A stretch of DNA of 48,795 bases from an uncultured archaeon (lineage in GTDB: Archaea > Aenigmatarchaeota > Aenigmatarchaeia > QMZP01): the NCBI GenBank assembly GCA_964372825.1, contig CAYJTA010000001.1:1-48795 (forward strand). Direction: 5' to 3'. The position numbers and the translations under genes are program-made. The notes below the pieces were generated by a model, which made no database searches, was not told where the DNA came from, and worked only from the letters and a program-made list of their open reading frames with translations. Shown piece after piece: positions 42,449-48,795 of this stretch. Position 1 is the first letter of the stretch. Each line of letters begins with the position of its first letter.

Positions 42449-43267
42449 CTAATACCCCCCTGAGCCGAACATGCCCTCCAGAACTATCACGTTCATCCCT
42501 GTTGTCAGCTGTGAAGTGAGGTTGTCCAGCTTCTTGGTACCTGTCCCTGAGGTGTAGAATTTCCCGTTGATGTACACTTTGAACGGATTGTCCGTGTATG
42601 AAGTCTCGACGAAGCCCGAAGCTGACGTTATGTTCGCGTCAGCTGGTATAGGTATGAAATACGTCACATTCACCACATTGTTGTTGGTCCCTCCTGTCGG
42701 TTTCCGGACGCTGCTTGAAACCACATCGCCCATGACAATCAGGGTGGTGTTCTTCCTTATGTCAAGCGCAAAGGCCCTTGCAACATAGCCCGATATGGGC
42801 TTGCCTCTCGTCACGCCGGAGACAATTGTGTTAAGCTTGGAAAGGTATGTAGAATTTGCCGTCTTGTTGTAGAGCATGTCAGTGTCCATCAGTATCTCAT
42901 AGCCGTACTTGGTGCCGTTCAGCAGTTTCTCAGCAACTTCCTTTGTGATGTTCGTCGCATGGGACACATTCCCTTCAGCCCAGAAAGCCCCTATGATGTC
43001 CATCAGGGTCTTGTCCATGTCCTCCCCTGTTATCAGCCCCTGGGATATGTACTGGCTTATCGATGAGAGCTGCTGCATCTCTGAAACCTTCGCCTTCTTG
43101 AAGATATTCAGGAGGTCCTTGGCCACATAATAGTCCCTCTCATATGCAAGTTCTGTGCTGGTTCCCGTGATCTGGATCGTCGCCACAAACCCGGCCAGGA
43201 ACAGCAGTATGCCTATGGCCACAAGGCTGTCCAGGCTGAGCACGAAGCCTTTCAACGCAATTTCCAT
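42449..43267 (-). CDS. class III signal peptide (pilin-like) protein, large
   Basis: MEIALKG/FVLSLDSLVAIGILLFLAGFVATI resembles the leader of the 145..1182 product. The body is sequon-rich. It ends in a TAG that is in-frame with the next ORF. Confidence 0.7.
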   Translation of the reverse strand: MEIALKGFVLSLDSLVAIGILLFLAGFVATIQITGTSTELAYERDYYVAKDLLNIFKKAKVSEMQQLSSISQYISQGLITGEDMDKTLMDIIGAFWAEGNVSHATNITKEVAEKLLNGTKYGYEILMDTDMLYNKTANSTYLSKLNTIVSGVTRGKPISGYVARAFALDIRKNTTLIVMGDVVSSSVRKPTGGTNNNVVNVTYFIPIPADANITSASGFVETSYTDNPFKVYINGKFYTSGTGTKKLDNLTSQLTTGMNVIVLEGMFGSGGY

Positions 43268-43348
43268 TCAAATAATTATGTAAAAAGGCGGCTAATATTT
43301 ACGAATATACGCCTTTACCACTTATACTATAGCGTCCAAATAAATATT

Positions 43349-43738
43349 ATGCCCCTCAAGCTGCAAGCCGCTATAGAATTCATGATCATCCTTGGCGCTT
43401 TCATACTCTTCCTTACACTCATGGTGCATGTGGCCCTACAGAAGACAAGCGAAGTGAACCAGGCCTCTGACGGCCTCGAGGCCGGCCAGGTGCTTGAGTC
43501 AGCCTCGTCCAAGCTGAACACGGCCTTCCTTGAAGGGGACGGCTTCTCCATAAACATCAGCCTCCCCCAAAAGCTGAGGGGCAAGAACTACACCATAAAC
43601 ATCTCAAACAGCTTCCTTTATGTCAACCTTTCGAATACATTCTACCAGACACGCCTGCTCGCTTCCAACATCTCAGGCTCCCTCAGGAAGGGCGATAACA
43701 TGGCCAGCAACAGGAACAGCGTGCTATACATATCATGA
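43349..43738 (+). CDS. small class III signal peptide protein (archaeal pilin-like, QxxxE-type leader)
   Basis: MPLKLQ/AAIEFMIILGAFILFLTLMV approximates the archaeal class III signal motif QxSxExxxL. 129 aa with several sequons. Divergent from the 43267 operon. Confidence 0.7.
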   Translation: MPLKLQAAIEFMIILGAFILFLTLMVHVALQKTSEVNQASDGLEAGQVLESASSKLNTAFLEGDGFSINISLPQKLRGKNYTINISNSFLYVNLSNTFYQTRLLASNISGSLRKGDNMASNRNSVLYIS

Positions 43739-43800
43739 GGCAGTGACAGGCCCTATGCATATAGTCTAAGGGATATATTAAGCGCCGATATAATTCACAT

Positions 43801-44664
43801 ATGCTCTGGTTCCTGTTCTCCATCCTTACGGCCTTCTTCGAGTCCATGAAGGACGTATTCAGCAAGAAGAGCCTCAGGAATGTGGACGAGTATGCTGCAG
43901 CATTTTCCCTGAGGCTTTTTGCCCTGCCGTTTTTATTCCCTCTCCTGTTTTTTATAGAAATCCCGTCCCTGGGAAAAGATTTCTGGACTGCTTTACTGTT
44001 AGGCGGCCTCCTGAATGTCCTCTCAACAATAATCTACATGAAGGCCCTCAGGGGCTCTGAGTTGTCCATTTCAGTCCCAATGCTGACCTTCACTCCCGCC
44101 TTCCTTCTCATCACATCCCCGATAATGCTGGGGGAATTCCCGAATCCGGCAGGCTTCCTTGGGATAATCCTGATAGTCTTCGGCTCCTATACCTTGAACA
44201 TAAAGGAAAAGCACAAAGGCCAGCTTGCGCCTTTGAAGGCCCTCCTGAAGGAAAGGGGGCCAAAATACATGCTTGCAGTCGCTTTTATCTGGAGCATGAC
44301 CTCCAATTTCGACAAAATAGGGGTTCTTAATTCATCCCCCATTTTCTGGGTGATAGCCATAGACACATTCCTCGCCCTTGCCCTTTTTCCTATATTCCTG
44401 TGGAAATCGCAGGAAAGCCTCAAGCAGATATCAGGAAACATGAAATGCCTTATACCTCTTGGCCTCTCAAGCGTCCTCACCCTTGTCTTCCAGATGACCG
44501 CAATAACCATGACCCTCGTGGCCTATGTCATTTCTGTCAAGAGGACGAGCGCAATAATGGGCGTTGTAATGGGCCATTTCCTCTTCAGGGAGAAGGGGAT
44601 AAAAGAAAGACTGGCAGGGGCCGTGCTGATGGTGACTGGTGTGGCGCTCATAACATTGTCCTGA
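43801..44664 (+). CDS. EamA/DMT-superfamily transporter
   Basis: 287 aa with about 10 hydrophobic helices in two similar halves. Typical EamA N-terminus FSILTAFFESMKDVFSKK. Confidence 0.7.
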   Translation: MLWFLFSILTAFFESMKDVFSKKSLRNVDEYAAAFSLRLFALPFLFPLLFFIEIPSLGKDFWTALLLGGLLNVLSTIIYMKALRGSELSISVPMLTFTPAFLLITSPIMLGEFPNPAGFLGIILIVFGSYTLNIKEKHKGQLAPLKALLKERGPKYMLAVAFIWSMTSNFDKIGVLNSSPIFWVIAIDTFLALALFPIFLWKSQESLKQISGNMKCLIPLGLSSVLTLVFQMTAITMTLVAYVISVKRTSAIMGVVMGHFLFREKGIKERLAGAVLMVTGVALITLS

Positions 44665-44681
44665 AACAATGGAGATGCCCT

Positions 44682-44930
44682 CTATAATTCAAATTCAGAG
44701 CCGCTAACATTCACTTTAACCCTGAATCCGGCCTTTTTAACCAAAGCAAGCTTCCCCATGCCTTTGCCAGCGGCCTTCATGGCCATCTCTGCCGCAAGCA
44801 GCGTATCCTTGACATCAACCATTATCTCTCTCCCTTCCGCTCTCGCATCGAACGCATGCCTGCCATCGATTTCAACTTTCACAGAGACCTTTCCCGACTT
44901 GAAGCACGAGAGGAGCTTTTCGGTCATCAT
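44682..44930 (-). CDS. hypothetical small protein
   Basis: 82-aa ORF with beta-rich Lys/Val alternation (KVSVKVEIDG, FRVKVNVSG). Confidence 0.4.
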   Translation of the reverse strand: MMTEKLLSCFKSGKVSVKVEIDGRHAFDARAEGREIMVDVKDTLLAAEMAMKAAGKGMGKLALVKKAGFRVKVNVSGSEFEL

Positions 44931-45015
44931 AAGGTTGTTATTATTGCCCCTCTCTTAAATATGCCCCTTGACTATTGTTCTGTGATATCAGTAAGAAGAA
45001 AAGGCTTGCTGCAGA

Positions 45016-45219
45016 TCACTTCTTCTTCTCAATAGGCACAAAAGTCACAACAACGTTCCCGTCCACCTTTACCTTGCTCTTGCCTATGTGGAACTGCACG
45101 CCGTCGAGGTCCAGGCTTGCCTTGGCCTGCCTGCCCTCAAGCATCTTGACAAAGGCCTCCATGAAGTCCGAGTGCTCGCTTATCCTGATTTTCATCTGAT
45201 TAATATTGGGCCGCATCAT
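45016..45219 (-). CDS. hypothetical small protein (start trimmed to the internal Met)
   Basis: The track ORF 45016..45390 would overlap the divergent ATPase gene. MMRPNINQMKIRISEHSDFMEAFVKMLEGRQAKASLDLDGVQFHIGKSKVKVDGNVVVTFVPIEKKK is the plausible product. Confidence 0.4.
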   Translation of the reverse strand: MMRPNINQMKIRISEHSDFMEAFVKMLEGRQAKASLDLDGVQFHIGKSKVKVDGNVVVTFVPIEKKK

Positions 45220-45237
45220 AATAAATAAAGGGAGCCG

Positions 45238-46536
45238 ATGACCGTAGAGAAGATAGTCGTGGGCAGGGACAGGGAAGACCTTAACAGATATAAAGACAAG
45301 GGAACTGCCTTCATCGGCAGACACATTGTGGGCACAGGAGAGCTGTCCCATTATACCAACCCCGTCATGATGGATGTTGTCAGGCCCCATGTTGTGCTTG
45401 TCTGCGGCAAGAGAGGAACGGGCAAGTCTTATTCAGGAGGAGTCATAGCAGAGGAAATGACGCTTCTGCCCCAGGAAATCAGGCAGAACCTCGCCATCCT
45501 CATGATAGACACGATGGGCATATACTGGAGCATGAAACTGCCGAATGAAAAGGACAGGGACATCCTGAAGGAATGGGGCATGCTCCCTAAATCCCTGCCC
45601 GTGAAGCTTTTCGTGCCTAAGCAGTTCATCAAGGACTATGTGGATGTGGGGGTGAAGGTTGATGCGCCGTTCACCCTGCCTGCAGGGGAGATTTCGGCGA
45701 TGGACTGGATAATCTCCTTCGGGTTTACTCTGATAGACCCCTACGGGATAGCCGTAGAAAGGGCTGTAAAGACCGTCAGCTCCAGGTTCGGCAGCAGGTA
45801 TTCGATAGACGACATAATAGCCGAGATAGAGGCAGACAGCAGGACATCCAAGGAAATCAAGGACGCTCTGACCAACCGCTTTCTCATGGCCAAGGACTGG
45901 GGGATTTTTGAAAGGGACGGCACCCCTATCAGGACGCTGCTAGAGGGAGGGACTGTGACAGTGCTTGATGTCAGCCACTATATGCGCGCCTCAGCAGGCT
46001 GGAGCGTCAGGAGCATGGTTGTCGGCCTTCTCTCCAGGAGGGTGTTCCAGGAGAGGCTCATGGCAAGGAAGAGCGAGGAGTTTGAGCAGATGACAGGCGA
46101 GAGAAGGAGAGGCGTGCCCATGATCTGGATAATCATGGACGAGGCCCACCAGTTCATCCCCAATGTCGGCGAGACAGCAGCAAGCGAGCCGCTGATGACC
46201 CTTGTAAAAGAGGGAAGAGAGCCCGGCATAAGCCTTCTCCTGATAACCCAGCAGCCCTACAAGCTGCATCCTGACGCCTTGTCTCAGGTAGACCTGATTA
46301 TCTCCCACAGGCTCACTGCCAGGGCAGACATGCAGGCCTTGCGAGGGATAATGCAGAGCTATGTCCTCGATGACATACAGGAGCTCATCAACAGCCTTCC
46401 AAGGCTGAAAGGCGCAGCAGTCGTCCTTGACGACAACTCGGAAAGGCTTTACACAGTCCAGATAAGGCCAAGACTAAGCTGGCATGCCGGAGGCAGCCCG
46501 ACAGCGATAAGGGAGAAGACGCTGTTGAGCGGGTAG
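45238..46536 (+). CDS. HerA/FtsK-like P-loop ATPase (DUF87-type)
   Basis: 432 aa. Motifs HVVLVCGKRGTGKSYSGG (Walker A), IWIIMDEAHQFIP (Walker B, DEAH-like), and LLLITQQPYKLHPDALSQVDLIISHRL. Confidence 0.7.
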   Translation: MTVEKIVVGRDREDLNRYKDKGTAFIGRHIVGTGELSHYTNPVMMDVVRPHVVLVCGKRGTGKSYSGGVIAEEMTLLPQEIRQNLAILMIDTMGIYWSMKLPNEKDRDILKEWGMLPKSLPVKLFVPKQFIKDYVDVGVKVDAPFTLPAGEISAMDWIISFGFTLIDPYGIAVERAVKTVSSRFGSRYSIDDIIAEIEADSRTSKEIKDALTNRFLMAKDWGIFERDGTPIRTLLEGGTVTVLDVSHYMRASAGWSVRSMVVGLLSRRVFQERLMARKSEEFEQMTGERRRGVPMIWIIMDEAHQFIPNVGETAASEPLMTLVKEGREPGISLLLITQQPYKLHPDALSQVDLIISHRLTARADMQALRGIMQSYVLDDIQELINSLPRLKGAAVVLDDNSERLYTVQIRPRLSWHAGGSPTAIREKTLLSG

Positions 46537-46542
46537 CGAGCT

Positions 46543-46752
46543 TTAGGCCTCAAGCCTCTCGATCATTTCCCTTAATTTCTCGAGATTATCCACATATCTG
46601 CTGCTGATTGCGGCATAGTCAACATAATCCTTCACCGACAGAAGATCGTCACAGGCAGTAGCCCTTGCCTGTGCTCCCTCATCTTGGGGGTCTAATCTTA
46701 TTCCAGTTGTAGTATACGGATATTCTTGCATGCCAGCCTCCCTGCAATGCAA
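46543..46752 (-). CDS. hypothetical small protein
   Basis: 69-aa ORF downstream of the MFS gene on the same strand. Confidence 0.3.
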   Translation of the reverse strand: MHCREAGMQEYPYTTTGIRLDPQDEGAQARATACDDLLSVKDYVDYAAISSRYVDNLEKLREMIERLEA

Positions 46753-46791
46753 CGCTTCATATCAGCATTCGATATCGCTATAACACAAAAA

Positions 46792-48297
46792 TCAATACAC
46801 GCCCATCCTCACATACCTCATCCTGTAAAGCATCTCCTTTATCCTCTTCTTCAGCGTCTTTGCGCCCTCATAACCCTTCCTCGTGTATGTCACCGGCAGC
46901 AGGATGGTTTCCATTGCCCCCTCGAAAGGCTGCCTTGCCGCAAGCTCGACAAATGCGTCCCTGAAGGGAATCTCCTTTCCCTTTCCATTGCCGCCCCTTA
47001 TCCACGGTATCAGGGCCAGCGACACAGCCCTGAGAAGGAAGCTCACGAGGAACAGGCTCTGCAGGCTTGCTGAATGCATGTCGGGCGAAGCGAGCAGGGG
47101 GTTCGAGTCGAAGTAATGCGCCAGCGCGCCTGCTGTGATTGCGCCCAGCACCATGGAAAATTCTTTTACAGTGTTATGCTTTGCGACAAAGGAAAGCCTC
47201 TGCTCCTTTGGAGTGGTTGATAAAGTCAGGGCAAACACGGCCGTGTCAAAGCCTGACCATGCGAAGCCGTCCAGGATCGCAATCATGAGGCCGTGGGCGG
47301 GCAGGCTGGCGAATATCCATGCAAACGGTATCAGTATGACAAGCATGCCTGTCACGGCCAGCACAGTCTTTTCGCCCACGATGTCAAGGGCCTTTCCCCA
47401 GTGCCTGTAGCTGAGGGTCTCGCTCAGGCTTGTGAAGGCAATTATTGCGGCCAGCCAGACTATCCCGAGCTGCAGCTCATTGAGAACATAGACCGCTATG
47501 AAAGGGGAGGCAATCTTGACAGAGAACTGCATGAAGGCAACAAAAGAGGTGAAATAAACAAAGTTCCTGTTGACAGAGAGCCACCTTTTCGTGCCTTCGA
47601 TATCTATCCTGATATGGGACGCGAACTTGTACGGAGGCCTGTAGGAAGGATCCTCTATCTTGAGGTACACCATCACCACAGAGAGTAAGCCGAGGATAAG
47701 TGAAATTGCAAAGGCTAAGCCATAACCCTGCATTGCCTGCCCAGCCATAGTAAAAGATCCTATCACGCTCCCTAGAACCAATATGGAAGCAAGGCTGGTG
47801 AAGCCCATCAGCATGTTCCTCCTTGCGAAAAACCTGCCCCTCATGTTATCAGGCACTATGTCGCCTATCAGGCTTGCCCAAGCGGGCGTCTTGAGGGCCA
47901 TGAAGAATGTGGACAGGGCGAGGAAAGCTATTGCAAGATATATCATGCTGATGCCCGAGAAAGCCATGAATATGAGAGGGATCAGCATCAGCCTCTGCAG
48001 ACCTGAGCATATGTTCCAGACTGCCTTCCTGCTCCCCAGCTTTTCCGCAAGCTTCACCCCCGGCAGCTGGCTTATCCCCCTCCCAAGGGACTGCATGCTG
48101 TCCAGAAGGGCAACCTCAACCTTGCCTGCCCCAAGGCTCAGAATGAATGGTATTGAATAGCTGTCCACTATCTTTGTGGCCGCTGTCGCAAAAGCGCCAT
48201 CAAGCGTGCTGTATTTCAGGTTCGCCTTCTCTGGACCCTTGAGGCTGACGATTTCAACCTTCCCTTCGCTTCTGGATAAGTTCTTGTGAAGTGTCAT
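46792..48297 (-). CDS. MFS-type transporter
   Basis: 501 aa with about 12 hydrophobic helices. The loop motif GDIVPDNMRGRFFARRN is as in MFS loop 2-3/8-9. Confidence 0.7.
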   Translation of the reverse strand: MTLHKNLSRSEGKVEIVSLKGPEKANLKYSTLDGAFATAATKIVDSYSIPFILSLGAGKVEVALLDSMQSLGRGISQLPGVKLAEKLGSRKAVWNICSGLQRLMLIPLIFMAFSGISMIYLAIAFLALSTFFMALKTPAWASLIGDIVPDNMRGRFFARRNMLMGFTSLASILVLGSVIGSFTMAGQAMQGYGLAFAISLILGLLSVVMVYLKIEDPSYRPPYKFASHIRIDIEGTKRWLSVNRNFVYFTSFVAFMQFSVKIASPFIAVYVLNELQLGIVWLAAIIAFTSLSETLSYRHWGKALDIVGEKTVLAVTGMLVILIPFAWIFASLPAHGLMIAILDGFAWSGFDTAVFALTLSTTPKEQRLSFVAKHNTVKEFSMVLGAITAGALAHYFDSNPLLASPDMHSASLQSLFLVSFLLRAVSLALIPWIRGGNGKGKEIPFRDAFVELAARQPFEGAMETILLPVTYTRKGYEGAKTLKKRIKEMLYRMRYVRMGVY

Positions 48298-48535
48298 GGT
48301 TTTGCCTCAATAAGATGCTGTCAATAATGAACGGCTAATTTCTGCAATAACTGCCAAAGCCACCAGAATCACCCTTTATGCTTCCTGACACAGCCATACA
48401 CCATTTCACGGTAACGTTATATTTCTCCCAGCCCCTTTAAATATTTAGGTATTAAAGTATCTAAACTAGAAAATATGAAAAAATATCCATGCCCCATACA
48501 GAAAGCTTTAAAAATCCTTAAATTATACTTCAGTT

Positions 48536-48718
48536 ATGCCTGAAGAACCTGAGACTATCACTACCACGATAGAGATAAACAAGGAGCTTTTTCTTAAGTT
48601 CAAGGCCCTTTGTGTGCTGAGCGAGCTGACCATTTCCGGAGAAATAGAGAAGATGATCAAGAAGAAGGTCGAAGAACTGTCGAAAGAAGTGGAGATGCCG
48701 GTGGCTGCGAAAAGTTAG
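48536..48718 (+). CDS. small ribbon-helix-helix (CopG-like) protein
   Basis: 60 aa. TITTTIEINKELFLKFKALCVLSELTISGEIEKMIKKKV fits a beta-strand plus two helices. Confidence 0.45.
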   Translation: MPEEPETITTTIEINKELFLKFKALCVLSELTISGEIEKMIKKKVEELSKEVEMPVAAKS

Positions 48719-48795
48719 CGCTTATTGCAGAATCCCCTGGCTTTTCAGGTAAAGTATAGAATGAGCAGTAGAATCACTATGAAGACTGTCCCGAA

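Noticed and set aside
1969-42451. Selenocysteine (TGA), pyrrolysine (TAG) or a variant genetic code as the explanation for the in-frame stops.
   Set aside because: All three stop codons are involved, and each also ends clearly complete genes in this window. I see no SECIS-like hairpin, PYLIS-like element or recoding machinery here. The idea is unsupported but not formally excluded without the full genome.

Overview
This is an archaeal chromosomal window. The markers are aIF-1A, aIF-2 gamma, RadB, class I LysRS, an archaeal-type TyrRS, TATA-box promoters about 25-30 nt upstream of RNA genes, and BHB-type multi-intron tRNAs. It is gene-dense with roughly mid-40s percent GC. The content suggests a small-genome, surface-specialised archaeon (DPANN/Micrarchaeota-like), but that placement is inference only.

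Housekeeping genes: aIF-1A, aIF-2 gamma, rhomboid protease, ScpA/ScpB, LysRS class I, TyrRS, enolase, proline dehydrogenase, RadB, a GT2 glycosyltransferase, a LemA/TPM pair, an EamA transporter and an MFS transporter.

RNA genes: an orphan short 5S rRNA and three heavily interrupted tRNA genes. tRNA-Lys(CTT) and tRNA-Lys(TTT) each have three introns and tRNA-Asp(GTC) has two. All three share a homologous T-loop intron.

Accessory content is dominated by cell-surface and type IV pilus-like genes:
- five tandem small Cys-containing pilin-like paralogs (14.2-16.0 kb)
- a FlaI/PilB-type ATPase followed by a 2418-aa sequon-rich secreted giant protein (29.7-38.7 kb)
- a divergent Lys-rich repeat protein with a C-terminal wHTH
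- an operon of large class III signal peptide proteins (40.2-43.7 kb)
- a 1003-aa membrane-anchored surface protein
- a stand-alone AglB/STT3 C-terminal-domain protein

Other notable observations:
- several otherwise intact reading frames carry single in-frame stop codons (enolase, a 163-codon ORF, a pilin-like pair)
- a 106-bp near-perfect direct repeat brackets a 4-kb segment
- part of that repeat recurs upstream of radB

No CRISPR array, transposase or integrase was seen. CDS coordinates follow the supplied ORF track. Coordinates I derived by hand (RNAs, repeats, motifs) may be off by 1-2 nt.
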